From assembly GCA_050248855.1 (NCBI GenBank), contig JBFWRP010000005.1, positions 1-64,000 on the forward strand: a DNA stretch of 64,000 nucleotides. Reading direction: 5' to 3'. Positions 55,189 to 63,217 of the stretch are shown here, piece after piece (position 1 is the stretch's first letter; every line of letters starts with the position of its first letter). Under the pieces are notes generated by a model. It made no database searches, was not told the origin of the DNA, and worked only from the letters and a program-made list of their open reading frames with translations. Made by a program: the position numbers and the translations under genes. The stretch comes from Planctomycetota bacterium (GTDB lineage: Bacteria; Planctomycetota; PLA2; JAEUHO01).

Positions 55189-55291
55189 GCGGCTCGCCAG
55201 ATGCTCGGCCGCGCACCACCATCGGCTCCTCGAGTGAACAGACCACGAGTCGTCGCCGATGGTGGCGCGCTGCCGTCGCCCTGACGACCCG
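55189..55291 (+). repeat. Structured dispersed repeat (family B+C)
   Basis: Family B motif plus the 32-nt invariant core inside the stem CCACCATCGGC/GCCGATGGTGG. Confidence 0.8.
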
Positions 55292-55304
55292 ATCCGCGTC
55301 GTAG

Positions 55305-55374
55305 GCCCAGAAGGCCGGGCCCACGCGGACTCGGCCACGAAGATCCGCCCGCCGTCGACACTAGCTGGGACTGG
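55305..55374 (+). repeat. Degenerate duplicate of the ftsK 3' end (55091-55158)
   Basis: CCGCCCGCCGTCGACAC(C/T)AGCTGGGACT(A/G)G present in both copies, with further upstream similarity. Confidence 0.8.
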
Positions 55375-55551
55375 CCGGCGGTGCCGGGCTCCTCCGCGTG
55401 CCGAGCCAGGCCCCCCGCACCCTTCAGCGCCCGTTGGGCAGGTCCGATCCAGCGGTACGGGGCGGCGTGCCGATCCGGCGGCGCGTCGTGCCCCCGTTCG
55501 GGGCGACTCCCCCCCTGTTCCGTGGGGGAGTCGTCCATTAGGGTCTTGCCG

Positions 55552-57522
55552 ATGCAGTCGGTCTTGCGACTCCTGCCTTCGTTCCTCGGGCCGGGACTGC
55601 TCCTCTTCCTCGTCTCCGTCCAGATCGCATGCGGCATGGACGGCTTCGAGTCCGGAGGCGGTCTTCTCGGCTTGCTCGAGGTGCCTGGCGTCCTCCTCGG
55701 CTGGGGCGGCGTCGCGTTGTTGCTGCCTCTGTTGACGTGGCTGCTGCTCGACTGGTGGGGCTACTCCCCCAGCGGCTTCGCGCTCAAGAGCCTCGGTGGC
55801 CTGGCGCTGGGGATCGCGGTCGGCGGGCTCGGCGGCCTGATGGGCGGGAAGGCCGGCGGCGGCCTGGTGGGCGCCGACCTCGCGGCCATGCTCGCGGACA
55901 ACCTCGGCTCGGCGTTTGCGATCTTCGCGCTGCTCTTGATGGCCGTGCCCGCGGGCATCCTCTCCTTCGCCAAGCTCGGCGTCGGCACCGGGCGCAGCGT
56001 CGCGCCCAGCTCGACCACCACGCCAGCTCGCCCGCGCCGGGAGGCCCACGCGCCCAGCTCCGGCGATGGGCCGGCCGCCGGCGCCTCGGCTTGGCTCAGC
56101 GGGCTCGCAGCGCGCATGCCGCGTCGACGACCCAAGGTCACGACGGATCTCGAAGCGCTGGCGCGACGCAACGCGGGCGGCCGCGCGCGCTACCCACGGC
56201 AGCAGTTCGACGACCAGGGCAACGAGCTGCCCATGGCCTTCGAGGGCTCGCGCGACGTCGGCGTCATCCGGTTCGCGGACGGCAGCGAGCCCGATCCGGC
56301 CGCGGCCCCGGCCCGCGTGTCGCCGCCACGCTCCGCGCCCGTCGCACGCGACGACGGTCTGCCCACGCTCCGCGACGTCCTCTCGGGCCAAGCCGACGTG
56401 CCCGCGTCGACCGCCGGGGACGAGGCCGGCGGTGGGCTCGAAGCCGGGGCCGAGCCGGGCGAAGCCGGCGACGACACGGACGCGATGGGCGCGGCCTCGT
56501 CCGACGAGCCCACCTACGACGACATCGAGAGCGAGTTCGACGAGGAAGACGGCCCGATCCACGTGGACGCCCACGGCCGCCCCGTGCCCCGCCCCAAGCC
56601 CACGGCCGGGCGGCCCGCGGAGCCCGCGAACACGAGCAAGGTCCGCGGGCGCCCCGCGCGAGGGCCGGAGCTTCGCGACTCGCGCGACGACGCGCCTGCG
56701 GCCGACGTCGTCCACCTGCCCGAGGCCGGGCCGCCCGCGAGCGTGCTGCTCGCGCGCGACCGTACGCAGAACGACGCCGAGGCACTGCCGCCGGGCGTGC
56801 GCTTCGCCGACGAGCCGGCGCCCGCCCCCACCGAGGAAACGTCCGGGCCTGCGCGCCGTCCCTCCCTGTCGGCGGAGGCCTCGACCCCACGGAGCACGAC
56901 GTCCGCGCCTGCCCCGACAGCCCCTGAGGCCGCCGGAGAACCGGTGCTGGAGGCCTTGAAGGGCACCACCGCGCAACGCGTGGCGATCCAGAAGGCGGAG
57001 GCCCGCGACCCCGAGACGCGCGCCGAGGAGATGCGCGCCGTTCGCAGCAGCGTGCGTCGCACCCTGGCGCCGGTCACCGACGAAGGCGCCGACCCGGTGC
57101 ACCTGCGCAAGCTCGAGGCCTGCGGTCTGTTCGAGCCGACGACTGCCCCGGGCAGCAGGGGGTCGTCGCCGCCGAGCGGCGCGGCCCCGACCGCGCCCCT
57201 CGCCTCCTGGGCGGCCAAGGCGGATCGCGTGGCCGAGTCGGGGCCCCGCGTCGAGGCCGCACGTCTGGCCGCCCAGAAGGCGCTCGTCCACGAGCTCAAG
57301 GGCGAAGGGCGCGACCCGCTGTTCGCCGACGCCGTCGAGGTCGCCCTCTCCAGCGGGGCCGTGTCCGCCGCCCTTCTCGCGCGCCGCCTCGCCACCAGCC
57401 AGGAGCGGGCGCGCGAGCTGCTCCGGCGCCTCTTGGCCACCGACGTGGTCGGCGCGCCGGGCCCCTCGGGCACCTGCGCCACGGTGCTGACGCGCACCGT
57501 GTGGGACGAGATCCGGGGCTGA
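55552..57522 (+). CDS. FtsK-like protein: TM domain, disordered linker and gamma (winged-helix) domain, with no ATPase motor
   Basis: N-terminal TMs with GKAGGGLVG, Pro/Ala/Asp-rich linker, C-terminal RDPLFADAVEVAL..GAVSAALLARRL....ERARELL..L...DVVG. Confidence 0.75.
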   Translation: MQSVLRLLPSFLGPGLLLFLVSVQIACGMDGFESGGGLLGLLEVPGVLLGWGGVALLLPLLTWLLLDWWGYSPSGFALKSLGGLALGIAVGGLGGLMGGKAGGGLVGADLAAMLADNLGSAFAIFALLLMAVPAGILSFAKLGVGTGRSVAPSSTTTPARPRREAHAPSSGDGPAAGASAWLSGLAARMPRRRPKVTTDLEALARRNAGGRARYPRQQFDDQGNELPMAFEGSRDVGVIRFADGSEPDPAAAPARVSPPRSAPVARDDGLPTLRDVLSGQADVPASTAGDEAGGGLEAGAEPGEAGDDTDAMGAASSDEPTYDDIESEFDEEDGPIHVDAHGRPVPRPKPTAGRPAEPANTSKVRGRPARGPELRDSRDDAPAADVVHLPEAGPPASVLLARDRTQNDAEALPPGVRFADEPAPAPTEETSGPARRPSLSAEASTPRSTTSAPAPTAPEAAGEPVLEALKGTTAQRVAIQKAEARDPETRAEEMRAVRSSVRRTLAPVTDEGADPVHLRKLEACGLFEPTTAPGSRGSSPPSGAAPTAPLASWAAKADRVAESGPRVEAARLAAQKALVHELKGEGRDPLFADAVEVALSSGAVSAALLARRLATSQERARELLRRLLATDVVGAPGPSGTCATVLTRTVWDEIRG

Positions 57523-57597
57523 CCGCGAGGCCCCACAGGGCGCACACGCTCGGGAATCTTGGGCACGCGGCCCGGCCCCTCCCGTGGGATGGAAGGG

Positions 57598-58977
57598 ATG
57601 CCCGCCCCCGTGACCACCCCGACCGCGCGCTTGGCCCTGCTCTCGCTCGGCTGCGCCAAGAACCTCGTGGACAGCGAGCGGCTCGTCGGTGCCTTGACCG
57701 GTGCGGGCTTCGAGCTGGTCGAGCGGCTCGACGGCGCCGACCTCGCGCTCGTCAACACGTGCGGGTTCATCGAGGCCGCCAAGGAAGAGTCGATCGACAC
57801 GATCCTCCAGGTCGCCCGCCACAAGGAGTTCGGCCGGCTGCGCGGGCTGCTCGTGGCCGGCTGCCTCGTCGAGCGCTACCGCGAGGAGCTGGCTCGCGAG
57901 ATCCCCGAAGTCGATCGCTGGCTCGGCTTCGAGGACTACGCGCGCATCGTCAGCACCGCGCGCGAGCTCCTGGCCCTCCCGGCCGTTCGCGAGCTGCCGC
58001 CGCCGCGCGTGCTGTTGACGCCCACGGCTTACGCCTACCTGAAGATCTCGGAGGGCTGCGACCAGAAGTGCGCGTTCTGTGCGATCCCCTCGTTCCGCGG
58101 CCGCTTGGCCAGCCGCACGATCGAGGAGAACGTGGCCGACGCGCGCACGATCGCGGAGCGGGGTGTCGGCGAGATCGACATCGTCAGCCAAGACACCACG
58201 GCCTACGGCCGCGATCTCTACGGCAAGCCGCGGCTCGCGGACCTCCTGCGCGAGCTCACGCGGATCGACGGTCCGCGCTGGTGGCGCGTGCTGTACCTCT
58301 ACCCCACGACGCTGCGCGACGACGTGCTGGACGAGATGGCGTCCAACGACCGCATCGCCAAGTACGTCGACATGCCGATCCAGCACGTGAGCGACCGCAT
58401 GCTCAAGGCCATGCGGCGCGGCATCAGCGGCCCCAAGCAGCGCGCCCTGCTCGAGCGCATCCGCGAGCGGATCCCCGGTGTGGCGCTGCGCACCACGTTG
58501 ATCACGGGTTTCCCCGGCGAGACGGACGCCGACCACCAGGAGGTCCTCGACACCGTACGGGAAGGCTGGTTCGACCGCCTGGGGGTGTTCACGTACAGCC
58601 CGGAGGAGGGCACGGCGGCCTACGACCGACCCGATCCGGTGCCCGAGGCGTTGATGGCAGAGCGTCGCGACGAGATCATGGCCGCCCAGCGGGAGGTCCA
58701 CCATGCCCGCAACGCCGCGAAGGTCGGACGCGAGATCGAGGTACTCGTCGAGCGCCACGAGCCGCTCACGCGCCGCGCGTTCGGTCGTACCGAGCACGAT
58801 GCCCCAGACGTGGACGGATCGGTGCGGGTGACGGGCGTGGAGCATGCCCGCCCGGGTGCCGTGCTCCGCGTACGCGTGACCGCTTCGGAGGGCTACGACC
58901 TCGTCGCGGAGGCGCTGGGCACCGCCTCGACGCCGCCGCCGGGAAGCGCTCCCGCGGGCGGCCAGCCCGTACAGTAG
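57598..58977 (+). CDS. rimO: Ribosomal protein S12 methylthiotransferase
   Basis: SLGCAKNLVDSE, NTCGFIEAAKEES, CDQKCAFC radical-SAM motif, LYLYP, APDVDG TRAM domain. Confidence 0.95.
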   Translation: MPAPVTTPTARLALLSLGCAKNLVDSERLVGALTGAGFELVERLDGADLALVNTCGFIEAAKEESIDTILQVARHKEFGRLRGLLVAGCLVERYREELAREIPEVDRWLGFEDYARIVSTARELLALPAVRELPPPRVLLTPTAYAYLKISEGCDQKCAFCAIPSFRGRLASRTIEENVADARTIAERGVGEIDIVSQDTTAYGRDLYGKPRLADLLRELTRIDGPRWWRVLYLYPTTLRDDVLDEMASNDRIAKYVDMPIQHVSDRMLKAMRRGISGPKQRALLERIRERIPGVALRTTLITGFPGETDADHQEVLDTVREGWFDRLGVFTYSPEEGTAAYDRPDPVPEALMAERRDEIMAAQREVHHARNAAKVGREIEVLVERHEPLTRRAFGRTEHDAPDVDGSVRVTGVEHARPGAVLRVRVTASEGYDLVAEALGTASTPPPGSAPAGGQPVQ

Positions 58978-59018
58978 GAGCGGCCTCGCCAGGGAGCGCG
59001 GCGAAAGGAGCGGGCAAG

Positions 59019-59642
59019 GTGAGGGGCCTCGGTCTGGCGAACCAGGTCACGATGGCGCGCGCCCTCGCGACGCTGGCCGTGTGGGTGCTCCTCGTCCTGG
59101 GGGGCAGCTCGCCCTCGACGACGCTCGTGGTCGTCACCTTCATCGTGTTCACGGCCGCGGCGGCCACGGACTTCCTCGACGGCATGCTGGCGCGGCGCAC
59201 GGCCACGGTCAGCGTGTTCGGCCGCATCGCCGACCCGCTCGTGGACAAGATGCTGACCATCGGCACGCTGATCGTGGTGCAGGGTCAGCCCGCCGCGCAG
59301 GCCATCGTGCCGCCCTGGATGGTGGCCGTGATGCTGGTCCGCGAGCTGCTCGTGACGGCGCTCCGCGCGCAGGTGGAGAACGGCGGCGGCAACTTCCAGG
59401 CGGCCTGGGTCGGCAAGTGGAAGATGATCCTGCAGGCCATCGCGGCGGGCGCGGCGATCCTCGCACCGTGGGCAACGTCGTGGACGCACGCGCTCGTGCC
59501 GGGCTTCGATGCGCTGCCGGGCGGCGCCTCCACGTGGAAGCTCGGCCACCTGCTGGCGTGGGCCGCGTTGCTCCTGACGGTCATCTCGCTCGTGCCGTAC
59601 GTGCGCCGCGCCGTCCGGGCGCTGGCACCCCGCGAGTCGTGA
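59019..59642 (+). CDS. pgsA: CDP-diacylglycerol--glycerol-3-phosphate 3-phosphatidyltransferase
   Basis: ANQVT..R, TDFLDGMLARR....FG.IADP.VDK, RELLVT, GKWK. Confidence 0.9.
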   Translation: MRGLGLANQVTMARALATLAVWVLLVLGGSSPSTTLVVVTFIVFTAAAATDFLDGMLARRTATVSVFGRIADPLVDKMLTIGTLIVVQGQPAAQAIVPPWMVAVMLVRELLVTALRAQVENGGGNFQAAWVGKWKMILQAIAAGAAILAPWATSWTHALVPGFDALPGGASTWKLGHLLAWAALLLTVISLVPYVRRAVRALAPRES

Positions 59643-59653
59643 GCGGACACCCG

Positions 59654-60169
59654 ATGGGCGTTCCGTCCGAGGGAGTGGGTGCGTCCCTGGGCCGGGCCCA
59701 GCGCCTCGCCCTCGCGGCCTGCGGGCTCGGCTGGCTGCCTGGGGCTCCCGGCACGTGGGCGTCGCTGGGCACCGTCCTCGTCGCCCTGCCGTTCCTGGGC
59801 TCGTGCCTTGCGGGTGGCGCCGTGCTGGCACTCTTGCTGCTTGCGGGCTCGCTGGCGTGCCTGTCCTGGGGTGGCCGCGCCGTGCGTCCGGACGGACGGG
59901 GCGACCCGGGCTGGGTCGTGGCCGACGAGGTCGCGGGCCAGGCCCTTGCGCTCGGCGGCGCACTTCCCGCCGTGGTGACCCGTGAGCTCGCCACGTCGTG
60001 GTGGCTCGTGGCGCTTGCTTTCGTGCTGTTCCGCGCCCTCGACGTGGTCAAGCCTGGTCCGATCCGACGCCTCGAGCGCTTGCCCGGCGGACTCGGCGTG
60101 CTCGCCGACGACCTCGGTGCCGGAGCTGCCGCGGCTGTCGTCGTGGGCGTCGTCGGCCACTTCGCCTGA
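59654..60169 (+). CDS. pgpA: Phosphatidylglycerophosphatase A
   Basis: PGAPGTWAS, DPG.VVADEVAGQ, FRALDVVKPGPI, GG.GV.ADD. Confidence 0.9.
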   Translation: MGVPSEGVGASLGRAQRLALAACGLGWLPGAPGTWASLGTVLVALPFLGSCLAGGAVLALLLLAGSLACLSWGGRAVRPDGRGDPGWVVADEVAGQALALGGALPAVVTRELATSWWLVALAFVLFRALDVVKPGPIRRLERLPGGLGVLADDLGAGAAAAVVVGVVGHFA

Positions 60170-60239
60170 GCGAGCGACCACGAGCCGCCGCGGGCCTATA
60201 CTCCGCGCCGCGCGGGTTCGCCGCGAAGGGAGGACGCAC

Positions 60240-62360
60240 ATGGCCACTTCGCCCCGGCGATCGAGGGGACGCGACGACGAGCGCCGGCCCCGCCGGCCCC
60301 GCGACGGCGACACGCCGCCTGCGGCCAAGCCCGTGGTCCCGCCGGTGGTCCCGCCTGCAGCGAAGCCCGTGGTCCCGCCTGCAGCGAAGCCCGTGGTCCC
60401 GCCTGTAGCGAAGCCCGTCGTACCGTCCGCGGCAAAGCCGGTGGTCCCGCCCGCGGCCGCCACCCCCGTGGCCAAGCCGGTCGCCAAGCCTGCACCGCAG
60501 GCGCCGGCTCGACCCAGCTCACCGCCCTCCGCGGCCAAGGCCTCCTCCTCGTCGCGCGGCCCCCGGGCTCGCGAAACGGAGGTGGGCGGCCGCGGCCGCT
60601 CGCAGCGTCGCGGCGGCGGCATGTCGATCGGCTTGGCCTCGGCCCTGGTGGCCGCCGGCATCACCTTCCTCGTCCTGCTCGTGCAGCTGCTGATGTCGGG
60701 CCGCAAGGACGCCGAGGGCTCGCCCACGCGTGACGCCTTCGGCAGCGCCGCGGCAGCCGCCCTCGCGGGCGGCGACGACGCCGCGTGGACCGGGGGCGCG
60801 CGCGCCGTGGCCTACGATGTGAAGTGGATCGAACGCCAGATCAGCAGCTTGTTCGGTGAACGCGGCGAACGTTGGTTCGACGACGAGAAGGCGCGCATCA
60901 ACCCGGACCCGAAAGAGCTCGAGTCCATGGCCATGGACGAGATCGAGGCGATCCAGAAGCGCAAGGCCAAGTGGGACGAGACGGTCGAGAGACTGGCGGG
61001 GGCCAGCGTGGGCGCAGGCGACGACGACTCGCAGCGCATGAGGCGCCTCCTCAACAGGAACTTCCACCGCCTGTACTCGAAGGACGGCGTCTACCGCGTC
61101 ATCGCGGCCCACGTGCTCAAGAACCCGGGCGCGGGCGCGCAGATCGTGGTCAGCCAGCCCGACAACGCCACGATTGCCCCCGACTGGTCCACGTACAGCA
61201 CGAGCGCATCCAAGGGCGGCTCCGTCTCGGGCCAAGCCTCCATCGGGAGCGACTCCTGGCCCGTCACGATCTACCTGGCGGAGCTTCCCGGCAGCACCAC
61301 CACGAGTCGCCTCATGGCCTCGGCAGCCGTCTACGAAGCCGGCTCGGCCGGCGGCGGCGGCGGAGCGGGACTGGGGCTGATCCTGTTGGTCTTGGGGCCC
61401 CTGCTTGCGGGCTTTGCCACCTTCGCGGTCGCCAACGGCTTCGGCGCCAAGATCAAGGCGCTGGCGCGCGAGATCGACCGCTTGGGCAGCACGGGCGACC
61501 CGACGCGATCGCTCCGCGCAGACGGTGCGGAAGCGTCCCTCGTGGCCCGCTCCGTCGAACGCATGGTGAGCACGCTCGAGTTCCGCTCCAAGCACGATGG
61601 CGCGGACCTGGACGAAGTGGCCCAGCGGGAGCGGGCCGTCGCCGAGGAGATCCACAAGGGTCTCGTCTCCAAGCACCCGCCGCGCCTGGACGGCTACGAG
61701 GTGGAGACGCTGTTCAAGCCCGGCTTCGAGATCGGCGGCGACCACTTCGAGTACTTCCGCATCGACGACACGCACCTGGGCCTGATCCTGCTCGACACGA
61801 ACGTGCGTGGCCTGCAGGCCGCCTTGGTCATGGCATCCACGCGCGCGTACGTGCGCACGGCGGCGCCCGGCGTGCTCTCGCCAGCCCAGGTGCTGCGCGA
61901 GGTCAACCGTCACCTCGCCGGCGAGCTGCCGCCCGGCCGGCACGTGACGGCGCTCTACGCCGTGCTCGACATGAACGCGGGCACCGCCACGCTGGCCAGC
62001 GCCGGGCACCTGCCGCTGCTCGTCTACCGCCACGCCGCGGGCAAGCTGTCCATGGTCAACCCCGAGGGGTTGGCCCTGGGCATGGACACGGGCCCCGTGT
62101 TCGACGACGCGCTGCAGGAGGGCGAGATCCCGCTCGGAGTCGGCGACCGCATCGTCATGTACACGGACGGCGCGCTGAAGATCCAGAACGCCGACGGCGA
62201 GGAGTTCGGCGAGCAGCGCTTCTACCAATCCGTGTCGCGCGAAGCGCCCAAGAACAGCCAGGCGTTCGTCAACTTCGTCGGCGGCGGCATCGACGCGTTC
62301 CACGTGGGCGCCCAGCAGAACGACGACATCACGATCAGCACGATCAAGCGGCTGCGCTGA
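60240..62360 (+). CDS. Membrane PP2C/SpoIIE-family phosphatase (RsbU-like) with Pro-rich repeat N-terminus
   Basis: Two TMs, HAMP-like linker, IGGDHF, ASAGH.P, YTDG, GEEFG, DDIT. Confidence 0.85.
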   Translation: MATSPRRSRGRDDERRPRRPRDGDTPPAAKPVVPPVVPPAAKPVVPPAAKPVVPPVAKPVVPSAAKPVVPPAAATPVAKPVAKPAPQAPARPSSPPSAAKASSSSRGPRARETEVGGRGRSQRRGGGMSIGLASALVAAGITFLVLLVQLLMSGRKDAEGSPTRDAFGSAAAAALAGGDDAAWTGGARAVAYDVKWIERQISSLFGERGERWFDDEKARINPDPKELESMAMDEIEAIQKRKAKWDETVERLAGASVGAGDDDSQRMRRLLNRNFHRLYSKDGVYRVIAAHVLKNPGAGAQIVVSQPDNATIAPDWSTYSTSASKGGSVSGQASIGSDSWPVTIYLAELPGSTTTSRLMASAAVYEAGSAGGGGGAGLGLILLVLGPLLAGFATFAVANGFGAKIKALAREIDRLGSTGDPTRSLRADGAEASLVARSVERMVSTLEFRSKHDGADLDEVAQRERAVAEEIHKGLVSKHPPRLDGYEVETLFKPGFEIGGDHFEYFRIDDTHLGLILLDTNVRGLQAALVMASTRAYVRTAAPGVLSPAQVLREVNRHLAGELPPGRHVTALYAVLDMNAGTATLASAGHLPLLVYRHAAGKLSMVNPEGLALGMDTGPVFDDALQEGEIPLGVGDRIVMYTDGALKIQNADGEEFGEQRFYQSVSREAPKNSQAFVNFVGGGIDAFHVGAQQNDDITISTIKRLR
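60321..60490 (+). repeat. Coding 24-bp tandem repeat (AAKPVVPP)n
   Basis: GCGAAGCCCGTGGTCCCGCCTGCA-type unit, about 5-6 degenerate copies. Confidence 0.85.
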
Positions 62361-62364
62361 CCTC

Positions 62365-62688
62365 GTGGGCTCTCGCGAGCAACCCGCCGGCGACCTGGCC
62401 GCCTTCCAGGCGTCCATCGAGGCCACCTACGGGGAGCGCGACCGGGCCCGCGGCCTGGCTCCGACCTACATGTGGTTCATCGAGGAGGTCGGCGAGCTGG
62501 GCCGGGCGCTGCGCAAGGGGGACGCCGAGAACCTCCGTGAGGAGGTCGGCGACGTGCTGGCCTGGCTCACGAGCCTGGCCTCCATGGCGGGCATCTCCCT
62601 GGAGGAGGCCGCCAGCCGCTACCGGGACGGCTGCCCGCGCTGCGGCCAGTGCCCGTGTGCATGTCGCCGAGGACCTGCTCGCAGCTGA
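62365..62688 (+). CDS. MazG-like nucleotide pyrophosphohydrolase
   Basis: EEVGEL, EEVGDVLAWL; C-terminal CPRCGQCPCAC. Confidence 0.85.
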   Translation: MGSREQPAGDLAAFQASIEATYGERDRARGLAPTYMWFIEEVGELGRALRKGDAENLREEVGDVLAWLTSLASMAGISLEEAASRYRDGCPRCGQCPCACRRGPARS

Positions 62689-62766
62689 GCGGTCCAAAGG
62701 ACTTTGGACCCGACTAGGCGTCGAACGCCGGGCGACCGCTACCGCATCGATCGTGCAACCCTTTGT

Positions 62767-62782
62767 GGGCAAGTGACTTGCG
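62767..62782 (+). promoter_or_regulatory. Possible sigma-54 -24/-12 promoter or palindromic operator
   Basis: GG-N10-GC spacing (GGGCAAGTGACTTGCG vs consensus TGGCACG-N4-TTGCW); also the palindrome GCAAGT-G-ACTTGC; in an AT-richer patch. Confidence 0.3.
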
Positions 62783-62917
62783 AGAATCCACGGATTTTTG
62801 TGCCAAGCGATTGGCCATACTTGGTCACACAAGGTAAGTTCCCGGTGTCGATCCAAAGGACGCGGCATCATCCCCCCCCTGGATGCCAAAGACCTCGGGT
62901 CGGCGAACAACGGGTGA

Positions 62918-62956
62918 CGGCCCCCCGGCGAAAGCCGGGGGGCCGGTTTTCGTTTT
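62918..62956 (+). terminator. Rho-independent terminator
   Basis: 12-bp stem CGGCCCCCCGGC-GAAA-GCCGGGGGGCCG followed by GTTTTCGTTTT. Confidence 0.75.
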
Positions 62957-63217
62957 GGGCCACTCCCCCGGCCCCGAACGAGCGCCGTTTCGGCGCCGCA
63001 GGCGCTCCGCGACCACCCTGCGCCCGGGGCCGTGCGTGCTAGATTCGGCCGACCTGCTGGAGGGCGGGGCCTCGAAGGAGCGACGCACGCGACCGCTGCG
63101 CCCAAGGCCGGCGGTCCGTGGACCGATCCCGAGAGCATCCGCAAGGCCCGTGGAGGGCCTCCAGCAGCCGGTCAGGGGTGGGGCCCGCGCTCCCTCCGCC
63201 GTACGGGAGGGTCACGC

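Noticed and set aside
62365..62688. MazG as an anti-phage or toxin-antitoxin component
   Set aside because: Short house-cleaning type at the end of a housekeeping run, with no defence genes nearby.
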